A stretch of 64,000 nt of DNA from Candidatus Kerfeldbacteria bacterium (GCA_016182495.1 JACPGK010000002.1:12581-76580); one strand, 5' to 3'; shown: positions 37,363-47,749, counted from the stretch's first letter. Numbers and translations are program-made. The notes: generated by a model from the sequence alone, not told the origin.

Positions 37363-38239
37363 CCATCAACTAACGGCGATTGTCTTTTTTGGTACTGGGC
37401 CAGTGGCGGCGGCCTCATTAGAACAATTAGCGCATGATTTTACGATTGAGGCCGTGGTTACTAAACCATCACCACACCATTACCATGGAGTTACACCGGT
37501 GCTTACTTTAGCCGAAAATAATCATTGGCCGGTGTTTACCCCTAGCACTACAGCAGAGCTTGAACAACTGTGCGGGCATAGTCACTGGCATAGCCTATGT
37601 GCCGTAGTGGTAGATTATGGAATTCTACTGAACCAAACTATTATTCAGGCTTTTCCCCGCGGTGCTATTAATAGTCATTTTTCGTTATTACCGCAATGGC
37701 GTGGAGCTGATCCTATTACTTTTGCTATTTTAAGCGGACAAAAAACTACCGGGGTAAGTATTATGCTGATTGAGGAAACCTTAGATACTGGCCAGCTGTT
37801 AGCCCAACAAGAGTTTACCATTTCACAGCAGTGCACTGCTCCGCAGCTCACTACTGCACTAACTACCATCAGCACTACCTTACTGAAAAAAATTATCCCG
37901 CGCTATTTAGCTGGTACTATTCAACCCTATCCTCAACCAATTAATAGTGCAGTAAGTTATTCTCGTAAACTCACCAAAGCCGATGGTTTAATGGATTGGC
38001 ATAAACCGGCTGAAGTGATCGAGCGCGAAGTCCGAGCGTTTATGGGTTGGCCAAAAAGCTATGGTGTAGTGCATCATAAAAATATTATTGTCACTAAAGC
38101 TCGGGTTGTGTCACAGCCTACTGCAGCGAGCCTTACTATACAGTGTCAGCCTGGCTGGCTAGAAATAATCGAATTGATTGGGCCAAGTGGCAAAACGATG
38201 TCGGGAGCTGATTTTCTGCGTGGCTTGCGCTATACTTAA
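37355..38239 (+). CDS. fmt: Methionyl-tRNA formyltransferase
   Basis: VFFGTG N-terminus, HFSLLPQWRGADPI catalytic motif. Confidence 0.85.
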   Translation: MSSHQLTAIVFFGTGPVAAASLEQLAHDFTIEAVVTKPSPHHYHGVTPVLTLAENNHWPVFTPSTTAELEQLCGHSHWHSLCAVVVDYGILLNQTIIQAFPRGAINSHFSLLPQWRGADPITFAILSGQKTTGVSIMLIEETLDTGQLLAQQEFTISQQCTAPQLTTALTTISTTLLKKIIPRYLAGTIQPYPQPINSAVSYSRKLTKADGLMDWHKPAEVIEREVRAFMGWPKSYGVVHHKNIIVTKARVVSQPTAASLTIQCQPGWLEIIELIGPSGKTMSGADFLRGLRYT

Positions 38240-38991
38240 TGAGTATGCGTTTAAGTTTTGTTATTCCAGCTCATAACGAAGCGGCTTACCTGCCTCATTG
38301 TTTGGATTCAATTGTTGAACAGACTAAATTATTTCCATCAGCCGTTGAAATTATTGTGGTTGATAATGCTAGCACCGATGCTACTGCTGCAATCGCAAAA
38401 ACGTATCCAGCAGTTAAAGTGATCTTTGAACCAAACAAAGGCTTGGTGCAAGCTCGCCAGGCCGGCTATTTAGCTGCCAGCGGCGATTTGATTGCTAACG
38501 TTGATGCCGATACTATTCTTACGCCCGGTTGGCTACGACGAGTATTTGATGAATTTGGTCAGGATTCAAATTTAATCGCTCTCACTGGACCAGTGATTTA
38601 CTACGACCTGCCCAAACGCATTCGTTTTTTTGTACGATTATTTTTTTATGCGGCCTTTTTTACCCACATTAATAATCATTTTATTTTTCGTATTAGCGCG
38701 GTTATTCAAGGAGGAAATTTTGTATTGCGTCAATCAGCTTTAAAAGCTCTCGGTGGCTATGATACCAGGCTGACATTTTATGGTGAAGATGCCGATATCG
38801 CCCGACGTTTAACTAAGCTTGGTCGAGTTAAATTTACCTTTAAATTTCCAATGTTTGCCTCGGGCCGAAGGCTAGCGGCTGAAGGTGTTGTGACCATGGG
38901 CACACGGTATGCTTTAAATTATTTTTGGATAACTTTTTTTAAAAAACCGTTCAGTAAAACCTATCACGATATTCGATCCCTGGCAGAATGA
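38239..38991 (+). CDS. Glycosyltransferase family 2
   Basis: LSFVIPAHNEAAYLP..EIIVVDNASTDAT; DAD motif (NVDADTI). Confidence 0.8.
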   Translation: MSMRLSFVIPAHNEAAYLPHCLDSIVEQTKLFPSAVEIIVVDNASTDATAAIAKTYPAVKVIFEPNKGLVQARQAGYLAASGDLIANVDADTILTPGWLRRVFDEFGQDSNLIALTGPVIYYDLPKRIRFFVRLFFYAAFFTHINNHFIFRISAVIQGGNFVLRQSALKALGGYDTRLTFYGEDADIARRLTKLGRVKFTFKFPMFASGRRLAAEGVVTMGTRYALNYFWITFFKKPFSKTYHDIRSLAE

Positions 38992-40499
38992 CGGGTTTTT
39001 TCAGTTACATAAAATCCCAGATACCGTCCTAGTAGTAAGCGAGTTTGCGCTTCAGTAGCCGGCAGTGTGCCAAATACTACCATTGATATTGGTAATAATA
39101 ACCACTGTAACACCATTACAATATAGCGCCGTGGTCGATAGTGCGCCGGGCGTTGAGGTAAAATTAATGTGCCTAGAATAACCGATAATAATAAGCCGAT
39201 ATTCGCTATATTAAGAATGTAATATAAAACAATCGGTGCGTTTTGAGCAATCACAGTTGTGCTGGCGCTGGTGGGTTGTATTAACCATAACGGCACATAT
39301 CCAAAAACAAAAATAATCACCGAGGCCGTTGCCCAAGACCACATCCCTTCCATTTGATTGATTAAATGAAATAGCCGTTTACGCCATGGTATTTGTCGAG
39401 CTTTCCAAAAATGCCACATCATAAAGGGAATATTTTCGCTGCCCCAAGCCCAACGGCGCTGCTGTTTATACAAATTGAGTAAACTGCGCCACCAGGTGGC
39501 CGCTAGTACTGTATCCATATAAATTGGCATATACAATGGCACCACGCGATAATCACCATCGTACTGTAAAAAGCATTGTAAAAAAATTCGTGAGTCATCG
39601 GATACAATATCAGTTTGCCACCAACCAACGTCAACTAACGCTGTCAGCGGAGTGCAGTGTGATGAAAATGTAAATAAACGTTCTGGCCTGACTTGTTCAG
39701 ACATTAGCCAAAACGTTGTACCAGTGGCCGCTACTCGCATAATGGCTGGCGCATCCCAAATATTATTCGTGAACATAGGAATCGGTTGATAACTAGCTCG
39801 GGTTGGATTTGGTTCAGTGAGATACGTAACGGTCAAATAATCAAAAAATTGCGGCACAACGCAACTATCGGTATCAAGTACGGTTACTATCACTCGATCG
39901 TGCGCTAGGCCACGCTGATCAATAATATCACGTAAAGCTTGCTTACCTGCCCAAGCGATATTGGCTCCTTTTGCCGCTAATTCACCCGGCAAATTATCCG
40001 GATGCACATACATGATACATTCCGCAAAACGATCTTGGTAGCGACTAGTCATCATTTCACCCAGGCGTTGACTTTCGGGATAACGTTGCTCGGCAGCATA
40101 AATAACGAACAAGCGATCAGCTGAATAGGTGGTATTGGCTAAAGCCGCTAACGTAGCGGTTACCACAGTTTCAGTTTCGGTTGAATTTGGAATAATCACT
40201 AAATGATAAATGCCAGCACTATCAGGTATAGTCTGTAAGCGTTGCATCCAATTGATGTTCATGGTACGACGGTAGCGACGGTAGCAGAGTAATAAAAAAG
40301 TGCTTAAATAAATTACTTTCATCATCCAATAAAAATCATACATGATGATAAGATAAATCATGACTAACGGCCAGCGCCAACTTATTACTACAGCAGCTAA
40401 AAACGTCAGCCAAATCAATGACCCCGGAATCATTTCTAATAAGCGGTATTTACGATAATTGCTGACTGACCACATACAACTCGTAGACAATTCCTCCAA
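38964..40499 (-). CDS. Membrane-integrated processive family-2 glycosyltransferase (cellulose/chitin/hyaluronan-synthase-like)
   Basis: N- and C-terminal TM helices flanking a GT-A domain with DxD (VLDTDS) and QQRRWAWG (QxxRW) processivity motif. Confidence 0.7.
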   Translation of the reverse strand: MEELSTSCMWSVSNYRKYRLLEMIPGSLIWLTFLAAVVISWRWPLVMIYLIIMYDFYWMMKVIYLSTFLLLCYRRYRRTMNINWMQRLQTIPDSAGIYHLVIIPNSTETETVVTATLAALANTTYSADRLFVIYAAEQRYPESQRLGEMMTSRYQDRFAECIMYVHPDNLPGELAAKGANIAWAGKQALRDIIDQRGLAHDRVIVTVLDTDSCVVPQFFDYLTVTYLTEPNPTRASYQPIPMFTNNIWDAPAIMRVAATGTTFWLMSEQVRPERLFTFSSHCTPLTALVDVGWWQTDIVSDDSRIFLQCFLQYDGDYRVVPLYMPIYMDTVLAATWWRSLLNLYKQQRRWAWGSENIPFMMWHFWKARQIPWRKRLFHLINQMEGMWSWATASVIIFVFGYVPLWLIQPTSASTTVIAQNAPIVLYYILNIANIGLLLSVILGTLILPQRPAHYRPRRYIVMVLQWLLLPISMVVFGTLPATEAQTRLLLGRYLGFYVTEKTRHSARDRIS

Positions 40500-41616
40500 A
40501 AAAAATTAAATAGATCAACGCATGTACCCAGGGTGTTTGATTCAATTGGTATTCGGGAGTACGTTCACGGTTTTTACGTACTTGACGATGCATCCGCATA
40601 ATAATTATGCCATCTACTCCACCAATCAGTGCCCCGGTAATACCTAATAGTTGGATAAAAGACAACCAACCAAATGATACCATTACATATGGTGGCAACA
40701 TTACTATTAACCAACTTAACCATGTTGGCCAATGATAATCTATTTGCCATACTTCTCGTAATACCAGGCCAAGCGACATAAACGAAGTCGACATAGAAAA
40801 ACAACCAAATACTCCCCCGAACAGTAATGCTAAACTGCCTAGGGCAGTGCCTAGACCTACTACTGCGCTGGTGGTGGTGTTTGGCCCGGTAATACCAACC
40901 ACCATCATCACAAAAATGATATATACTGCAATAGGAACAACAGTGCCTACCATAATAGCGCGCTGAAGCTGCTGCCGTCGATGAGTTAAAATTCTTGCCA
41001 TATCAGGAATCGCTGAAGCTGCTGCCAAAGCAAATAGTACTACCCCATAGGGCAAAAAAATTTTACCGCTGGTGACGGTGAGCCAATAGGCAGGTTGCAA
41101 CTGACCAAACCCAGCTACTACTAAAATTCCAATTAACATCAATACACCAATACCTAACACTTTTTCTAATGGCGCAATGGCTCGTAAACCTAAAGCATTA
41201 GCCGCCGCCATTAGTAAAAAATACACTGTTGTATACAGCCAGGGCTCTCCGCCTAAACTTGGTTGGAGCAGCACTGTTAATAAGTGTCCAACTTCTAATA
41301 GATACGCAGTAATTGCCCCATATAAACCAATAAAGAGAGAAATCAAGGCTAATTTTTTCCAACGCGGATTAAGGTATTTTTCTACATACCCAGGAAATTG
41401 ATGCAACCGAGCTGTACTTAATACAATTTCACCATAGGCTAAATTCACGAAGATACTGACTAGACCTAATCCAATAATATAGACTAAACCGATTACTAAC
41501 CCAGCTTGGCTAACAACATACGGTAGAGCAAAAATACCGGCACCAATGGTTGTACCAGTCAGTAGTGCAACCGCACTAAAAAAATTGCTCGGTCGATGAG
41601 CCGACCGTGTGAACAT
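40450..41616 (-). CDS. Amino acid permease-family transporter
   Basis: 388-aa 11-12 TM protein with N-terminal TGTTIGAGIFALP motif typical of APC/aromatic amino acid permeases. Confidence 0.55.
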   Translation of the reverse strand: MFTRSAHRPSNFFSAVALLTGTTIGAGIFALPYVVSQAGLVIGLVYIIGLGLVSIFVNLAYGEIVLSTARLHQFPGYVEKYLNPRWKKLALISLFIGLYGAITAYLLEVGHLLTVLLQPSLGGEPWLYTTVYFLLMAAANALGLRAIAPLEKVLGIGVLMLIGILVVAGFGQLQPAYWLTVTSGKIFLPYGVVLFALAAASAIPDMARILTHRRQQLQRAIMVGTVVPIAVYIIFVMMVVGITGPNTTTSAVVGLGTALGSLALLFGGVFGCFSMSTSFMSLGLVLREVWQIDYHWPTWLSWLIVMLPPYVMVSFGWLSFIQLLGITGALIGGVDGIIIMRMHRQVRKNRERTPEYQLNQTPWVHALIYLIFFGGIVYELYVVSQQLS

Positions 41617-41618
41617 GT

Positions 41619-42122
41619 TTATTCTTCCTCTTCAAATTCAGCCAACTCTGCTTCTGTCAAAGCTCGTTCGTAGGACAATTCATATTCTACTAACTTTTGG
41701 TCTGGGTAGGCAGTTAACCACACGGTAAAAATTTCCGGATTATCGTCATTACCTTTGGTAAATTCTACATAATCAGTAGCATCTTCACTTTTAGTCCAAC
41801 CGGCAGTTTCTAATACGTTGGTATAATATGTGCGTAAATCATCTTCGGTGGCAGCAGTTTGATAGGTTACGCTCGTTGAATACTCATCACTAAAATAATA
41901 ACTACGTACTGAATTTTCGTAACGTTCAATCCAATCAAAATCTTTACCATACACATCGGTTGTCACCACGGCTAAAGCATCTTCATCGCTCACATCAGTT
42001 GTCACAGGCGTAGTGGTAGTAGTTGGACCAGTGGTAGTGGTATTGCAGCCAGTACCCATAACTACCACTAACAAAGCTACTGCGCTAGCCAAAATTCCCA
42101 ATCTTTTTTTCATAGTATGCAT
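41619..42122 (-). CDS. Lipoprotein of unknown function
   Basis: Lipobox MGTGCN followed by Thr-rich linker, acidic C-terminus. Confidence 0.55.
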   Translation of the reverse strand: MHTMKKRLGILASAVALLVVVMGTGCNTTTTGPTTTTTPVTTDVSDEDALAVVTTDVYGKDFDWIERYENSVRSYYFSDEYSTSVTYQTAATEDDLRTYYTNVLETAGWTKSEDATDYVEFTKGNDDNPEIFTVWLTAYPDQKLVEYELSYERALTEAELAEFEEEE

Positions 42123-42171
42123 ATAGATACTAATAATTAGTATAAAGTAAACAAATTATAGTATAGCATCT

Positions 42172-43266
42172 CTAATTAAAACTGACTAATCCAACGGTAT
42201 CGGGCACTATTGCTATCCAGCTATTACCAGCTACTAAATTAATTGGCTCACCATCATTGTTATACAACACAGTTCGGCTTAACCGATCTTTTTTTTGCCA
42301 CGAACCCTCAATCACTTGGCCATTATTAGCAACATACACCGTACCAGTGCCGGTTACTGAAAAATTTATACGCCCATTATCGCCAGCGGCTATGCCTGGT
42401 GGTACAATTTGTACAATAATATTACGAACCGAAATAGTCTGATTGGTCGCGGCATCAACCTGCAGCTCGCCACCATTGTACCGTTCATAGTTGTTGGCGG
42501 CGTAATTATAGCGGTAGTGTACTTGGTACAGTGGGCCGCTACCAAAATCAATATCGATGTATTTTTCTTCCACTGGAGAGGTAACAGGTTTAGCATCTTC
42601 GGTAAATTGCCAACTGTCAAATTCGGTAATGGGCGCTTGCAGTTTTTTATCGCGTAAAGCAAATTGTAATAGTTCGGCTGATGTAAATAAATTATGCGGA
42701 GCTACTCGAGCATTATCTCTAAAAAAGAATCTACTATCGCTGCCAAGAGCTGATAAATCTTTCAGTTGTAGTCCAGCAATGGCCTGCATGGCTTCGGGGC
42801 TGCCACCGGCATGGGCATACAAAGCATCGTATTCGGAAACGAATTCTAGATAGGTTGGCCGAGCACTGCGCACTGGCCCAATTTTTTCAGGCAAATCACC
42901 ACTGTACAGTGCTAAAAATCGAGTAATACCGCCTTCCACAATCACTTCATATACTACTTGAGCTGTTCCTAAACCAAATTGTGGTCTAACGCCGTCAAAA
43001 GCAGCATTTTCAATCATCACGCCAATAGGTTGATGAGCTGCTTCGCTTGATTGCACTAGCATACCATCAAGTAAACGGGCTGTTAGTGAGATAGTGGAGG
43101 TTGGTGTAATACCATCAGTAACGGTTAATGGTATAGCAACCACATCATGCTGCATCACATAGTATATGCCAAACCAAACGCCAACTGCTCCAATAAGCAA
43201 AACCACAGCTAAGGCTGCTAGTTGAGCCTGTCGATTATAACGCAGTCGACGTAACCAGTCCCCCAT
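42172..43266 (-). CDS. Membrane-anchored DUF3048 (YerB)-like protein, paralog A
   Basis: N-terminal TM; conserved block VVYEVIVEGGITRFLALY..IGPVRSARPTYLE shared with upstream paralog. Confidence 0.5.
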   Translation of the reverse strand: MGDWLRRLRYNRQAQLAALAVVLLIGAVGVWFGIYYVMQHDVVAIPLTVTDGITPTSTISLTARLLDGMLVQSSEAAHQPIGVMIENAAFDGVRPQFGLGTAQVVYEVIVEGGITRFLALYSGDLPEKIGPVRSARPTYLEFVSEYDALYAHAGGSPEAMQAIAGLQLKDLSALGSDSRFFFRDNARVAPHNLFTSAELLQFALRDKKLQAPITEFDSWQFTEDAKPVTSPVEEKYIDIDFGSGPLYQVHYRYNYAANNYERYNGGELQVDAATNQTISVRNIIVQIVPPGIAAGDNGRINFSVTGTGTVYVANNGQVIEGSWQKKDRLSRTVLYNNDGEPINLVAGNSWIAIVPDTVGLVSFN

Positions 43267-43278
43267 AATTACACTAGG

Positions 43279-44385
43279 CTAGTACGTGACAGCTGTATCA
43301 GTTGGTACAAGTTCGATCCAGGTTGTACCAGGATTAAATGATACTTCTTCAGTATCATTGATGTAAAATTTTGTTCGATCACCCCGATTAGCTTTTTTCC
43401 AACGACCAACCAGAACAGTGCCATCTTGAAATACCACTGCTTCGCCTTCACCCAGGGTAATAATATCAAGTCGGCCAGTATCTGTTTCAAGCAAAGTGGT
43501 CTCCACTCGTTGCACAACGATATTACGAGCCGATAATTGTTCGTTAGTATTGGCATCCATCTGTTCAACGCCAGCATTCCAACGTTTATATGAATTGGTG
43601 GCTTGATCGTAGCGCCATTCAACCGCATAATCATCATTTGACCAATCAATGGTTAATGGTGCTACGTTGATGGGTCGATCTTTTTTATTCAGTTGCTGTT
43701 TAAATAAGTACGGTTCATACTCCCCCACTCGTTCAATGAAACCAAGATCGCGCAGAGCAAAGGTCATCAATTCAGAAGTGGTAAATAAATTATGGGGCGC
43801 TTCAATATTTTGATCGCGATAAAAATATTGAGCATAGCTAAACTGGTTAAGATCGGTCATAAATTCATCACTCCCTAGTATGCCTAGGGCTTGCGGACTG
43901 CCTCCTACATGACCAAAGATACCGCCATATTCTTCAGCTAAGTCAACTAAATAATGCCGGGCACTGCGCACTGGCCCAATTTGTTTAATCGCCTCATTAG
44001 AAGCATACACTGCTAGAAATCGAGTAATGCCGCCTTCAGCTAATACTTCATACACCAAATTGGCTTGGCTTAAACCAGCTTGGGGCCTGACGGTTACTAA
44101 ATTTTCGATCACTAAGGCTAACGGTAAAAAATTACTTTCGTTTACTGGTACGGCCACTCCATCAATTCGGCGAGGCGCGGTATCAGATACCGTAGCGCGG
44201 TTAGCGTTGATAATTTGACTATCAAATACATCAGGGCCGCTGGGGGTTGAACGGGATTGCCAAACAATCAATCCAATTACACCGGCTAACACCAGTAACG
44301 CAATGGCTGCTGTGATAATTTGTGCTGGCCGATTATTTTTGAAAGCCCACAACCAATCTTTTAGTTTATCTTTAATAGTACTCAT
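43279..44385 (-). CDS. Membrane-anchored DUF3048 (YerB)-like protein, paralog B
   Basis: LVYEVLAEGGITRFLAVY..IGPVRSARHYLVD; start at 44385 (MSTIKDKL) abuts rplY stop. Confidence 0.5.
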   Translation of the reverse strand: MSTIKDKLKDWLWAFKNNRPAQIITAAIALLVLAGVIGLIVWQSRSTPSGPDVFDSQIINANRATVSDTAPRRIDGVAVPVNESNFLPLALVIENLVTVRPQAGLSQANLVYEVLAEGGITRFLAVYASNEAIKQIGPVRSARHYLVDLAEEYGGIFGHVGGSPQALGILGSDEFMTDLNQFSYAQYFYRDQNIEAPHNLFTTSELMTFALRDLGFIERVGEYEPYLFKQQLNKKDRPINVAPLTIDWSNDDYAVEWRYDQATNSYKRWNAGVEQMDANTNEQLSARNIVVQRVETTLLETDTGRLDIITLGEGEAVVFQDGTVLVGRWKKANRGDRTKFYINDTEEVSFNPGTTWIELVPTDTAVTY

Positions 44386-44386
44386 A

Positions 44387-45073
44387 TTAATCTTGTTTTT
44401 TGGATTCAGTTTTTTCTTCTGTTTTGACCGGTTGCTCTTTAACAACACCAGCTACTTTTGATACATCTTCTGTCACAGCCTGATCTAATTCGGCTAATTC
44501 GGCTTCGCTACGCGGTGGTGTAACTTTTACCACAATATCGTCAGGTTGTTCTAATACCGTAATTGTTTCTGGCACCACTACATCGCGCACAAAAATAGCA
44601 TCTTCAAAGGTGCGTAAAGCGCTTAAATCAACCGAGATGGTTTTTATTAAATGTTGTGGTAAACATTTAATATGCAAGGTTGATTTATTCTTGACCAAAA
44701 TTCCAGCTAACTCTTTAACGGCTGGGGCTATGCCAACAAACTCAACATCTACTTCGGTTTGAATTTGTTCGGTCATGTTCACAACGTAAAAATCAATATG
44801 TTGAATTTCGTCAGTGATAGGTTGTTTTGCCACCGCCTGGATAATCACTTTGATAACTGGTTGCTGTTCGATCACTAAATCAATTAAACTGCTTTCGCCA
44901 GCTACCGTATAAGCGGCTGCAAAATCAGTGGCTGCTACCTGTACTATAGTATTAGGAAAACGATGTCCATACACCACGGCGGGGATAAAGCCAGCCTGCC
45001 GTAATGATGTATTATGTTGTTTACTCTGTTGACGTTGAGTTACACGCAAGGTCGTAGATGGGTTTTCAGTCAT
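44387..45073 (-). CDS. rplY: 50S ribosomal protein L25 / general stress protein Ctc form
   Basis: RQAGFIPAVVYG N-terminal L25 motif plus C-terminal extension typical of Ctc-type L25. Confidence 0.8.
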   Translation of the reverse strand: MTENPSTTLRVTQRQQSKQHNTSLRQAGFIPAVVYGHRFPNTIVQVAATDFAAAYTVAGESSLIDLVIEQQPVIKVIIQAVAKQPITDEIQHIDFYVVNMTEQIQTEVDVEFVGIAPAVKELAGILVKNKSTLHIKCLPQHLIKTISVDLSALRTFEDAIFVRDVVVPETITVLEQPDDIVVKVTPPRSEAELAELDQAVTEDVSKVAGVVKEQPVKTEEKTESKKQD

Positions 45074-45109
45074 GACAACCAAACTAAATTATTAAACTTG
45101 ATATGCTAG

Positions 45110-45448
45110 CTACTGTGCGTTACCTACCAGCTGTTTACAAAAAGTAACTTGCTGTAAATGTTGGTGCAGTGTTAACACGTCATCTTCGGTAAGCGCTGCC
45201 GAACGCTGTAGTCGCGCTACATCATCTCCACTTAAATCAGTAATCAATCCAATAGAACTGATGAGCGGGCCAGTGCTGTATACTACTGCAACCAACGATC
45301 CTTGGCAAGATCCGCAGCGAATATGCAATAAATCAGCGGCTTGAGTTTGATTAACAATACTGGTAGTTAGCAACTGCCTGGGTGCGTTACACATTGGACA
45401 AGTAGCTACTAGCTTGTCTAACGCTTGCTGTTGTAAAGCTTTATTCAT
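45110..45448 (-). CDS. Small zinc-ribbon-like hypothetical protein
   Basis: Two CxxC pairs (CPMC, CGSC) in 112 aa. Confidence 0.4.
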   Translation of the reverse strand: MNKALQQQALDKLVATCPMCNAPRQLLTTSIVNQTQAADLLHIRCGSCQGSLVAVVYSTGPLISSIGLITDLSGDDVARLQRSAALTEDDVLTLHQHLQQVTFCKQLVGNAQ

Positions 45449-45481
45449 ACAGGTTTAGTATATGAAAAAATAGTTGACCTG

Positions 45482-46558
45482 TCAATTTCGAGTCTGGCTA
45501 TGCACATTTTGCACTATACCAATAGCTAATAATAACGCTAATAATGAACTGCCCCCGGCACTAACAAATGGTAATGGTAAACCAGTCACCGGCATCACTC
45601 CTATATTCATGCCGATATTGATAACACTATGTATCACAATCAGTATAATCAAGCCAAGTACGTAATAGGTACTATACGAATCAGGCTGACGTTGGGCGCA
45701 TAACCACAAACGCCAAATAATTATACCCAACAACACGATAACACTGCCAGCACCAAATAGTCCGAGTTCTTCGGCGATAACTGCAAAAATAAAATCAGTT
45801 TCTCGTTCTGGTAAAAATTCCAATTGACTTTGGGTTCCTAACCCTAGGCCTCGACCAAACCATTGTCCTGATCCAACTGCTACCACTGCTTGAGTAACAT
45901 TGTAACCAGAGCGTAATGGATCGCGACTGGAATCAATGAATGTCAATAAACGATCTTTCTGATAATCTTGTAACAACACCAGCCAGGCCAGGGCAGCACA
46001 ACCAAGCCCAACTATGACGATGACAACAATTTGCTGCCAACGAACATTGGTTAAACACAGTAATGCTAAAAAAATTACTATCAGTACAGCGGTAGAGCCT
46101 AAATCGGGTTGGAGTAAAACCAAAACCATATACCCGGCTGGTAATACTGCACTCAAGGCCACTGTTCGCCAAGCAGAAAAATTAAACGCTCGATCACTAA
46201 AAAAACGAGCCAGGGCAAATAATAATATTATTTTTACAAACTCAACTGGTTGTAAACCAAAACTGCCAATTTGAAACCAACCGGTGGTGCCTCGAATAGT
46301 TGAACCAAATAATAAAACTGCTACTAAAATAATTATGCCGGTAACGTACCAAACATACGCATAGTTGTGAAACCAGCGATAATCAAGCTGCATAATTATA
46401 AAACAAGACGCTAAGCTAATCAGGACAATAATAAGTTGTTTGATAAAACGATCGTAATTAATGCTGTACATCATCACCGTACTTAGCAACAGCAACATAC
46501 TAATGGCGCCCATTAACGGCCAATCTATTTTTTGCCAACGTAACCACCACGTGGCCAT
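45482..46558 (-). CDS. SEDS family peptidoglycan glycosyltransferase (RodA/FtsW)
   Basis: 358-aa, about 10 TM, large extracytoplasmic loop (RETDFIFAVIAEELG, PVTGLPLPFVSAGGSS motifs). Confidence 0.8.
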   Translation of the reverse strand: MATWWLRWQKIDWPLMGAISMLLLLSTVMMYSINYDRFIKQLIIVLISLASCFIIMQLDYRWFHNYAYVWYVTGIIILVAVLLFGSTIRGTTGWFQIGSFGLQPVEFVKIILLFALARFFSDRAFNFSAWRTVALSAVLPAGYMVLVLLQPDLGSTAVLIVIFLALLCLTNVRWQQIVVIVIVGLGCAALAWLVLLQDYQKDRLLTFIDSSRDPLRSGYNVTQAVVAVGSGQWFGRGLGLGTQSQLEFLPERETDFIFAVIAEELGLFGAGSVIVLLGIIIWRLWLCAQRQPDSYSTYYVLGLIILIVIHSVINIGMNIGVMPVTGLPLPFVSAGGSSLLALLLAIGIVQNVHSQTRN

Positions 46559-46564
46559 ACCAAA

Positions 46565-47404
46565 TTACTGATCGCCCGGCAAAATTAAATTATCAGTTGC
46601 CAAATAATCTGTTGTTACTACAACATCGGTGCGACTACCAAAAGCAAAGCGACGTGACCAATTAACCGTAATACTTTGTTCGGCTAGCGCGGCCAGGTTG
46701 TTGAGCGTTAGTTGACGAATCCCCAAAATGGCATCAGTGGTTTCGGCTTTGATAATAACTGTAATCAATACCTGACGAAAACCATAGGCACTGGTATTAG
46801 TTACTACGCCTTGAAATTGACTTATGGTGGTTACTAGATCACTGCCGGCAGTGCTAGCATCAGTAGTGGTTAAGCTAGTATCCTTGACCATAAAATCAAT
46901 GGCTGGTTTTTTTCCAGATAACCGCTGCCAAGCAACCGTGTCAATAGTAAATGTCGGTGTGGTATCAGCTGGGATAGTAATGTTGCCCACCATCAGCCAG
47001 GCTTGCGTAGCTGGCATGATAAAACCAGTTGTATAGTTATATACTTGCCCAGCGGCTGTAAAACTATAATTGAACCGTGCCCCATAAAACTGATTTGGAT
47101 TATCGACCAGAGCGTACATATCATAGTGCCCTTCTGTTACCGGTACTACGTCAACCGTTATACTGTTCAATGGTTGAGGCCGTTCGGTAGCGTCAAATAC
47201 CGCACTGATTTGACTAATCGATTGATAGGTAAATTGTGTAGCCCGATACCAACGAGCCCACTGGATAATATAGCCAAGCACCACTAACCAAATTCCGCTG
47301 ACTATCACAATGGTTAAACCGTAGCCTAGCCGACGCAGCAGTGAGTGATGGGTATTATACCAATACGCCCATTGTAATGTTTTACCGCGTAAGTCATCGG
47401 CCAT
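46565..47404 (-). CDS. Membrane-anchored hypothetical protein
   Basis: Single N-terminal TM then 230-aa Thr/Val-rich extracytoplasmic region; no recognised motif. Confidence 0.4.
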   Translation of the reverse strand: MADDLRGKTLQWAYWYNTHHSLLRRLGYGLTIVIVSGIWLVVLGYIIQWARWYRATQFTYQSISQISAVFDATERPQPLNSITVDVVPVTEGHYDMYALVDNPNQFYGARFNYSFTAAGQVYNYTTGFIMPATQAWLMVGNITIPADTTPTFTIDTVAWQRLSGKKPAIDFMVKDTSLTTTDASTAGSDLVTTISQFQGVVTNTSAYGFRQVLITVIIKAETTDAILGIRQLTLNNLAALAEQSITVNWSRRFAFGSRTDVVVTTDYLATDNLILPGDQ

Positions 47405-47425
47405 ACAGCTGATAGTGTACTCTAT

Positions 47426-47454
47426 TTCACAAGCAACGTAAACTATGCTATACT
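47426..47454 (+). promoter_or_regulatory. Sigma-70-like promoter TTCACA-N17-TATACT, -10 only 7 nt from ATG (leaderless transcript likely)
   Basis: -35 47426-47431, -10 47449-47454, ATG 47462, no SD possible. Confidence 0.5.
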
Positions 47455-47461
47455 ACGCTTT

Positions 47462-47749
47462 ATGTTTGAAACTAGTCAGGATATTTTATATCTCACTGTG
47501 GCTATTTGTTTAGCTGTATTTACTGGTTTTCTGTGTTGGTTACTATATTATATCGGACAAATATCTCGACAAAGTAACGAGATGATTACTGATTTTCGAG
47601 AACGCTTAGAACAGTTTGATGAATCTGTTCAAGAATTAAAAACTAAAGTGACTGCTTCAGTTGATTCAATTGCTAGTATTAGCCAGCAAGTAGGTTCAAT
47701 TATCGAGCTAGTGCGGTCGTTGGCAGGAAAAAAACGCTCCAAACGATAA
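47462..47749 (+). CDS. Small single-pass membrane protein, unknown function
   Basis: 95 aa, one TM (LTVAICLAVFTGFLCWLLYYI), C-terminal amphipathic/coiled segment and KKRSKR tail. Confidence 0.45.
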   Translation: MFETSQDILYLTVAICLAVFTGFLCWLLYYIGQISRQSNEMITDFRERLEQFDESVQELKTKVTASVDSIASISQQVGSIIELVRSLAGKKRSKR

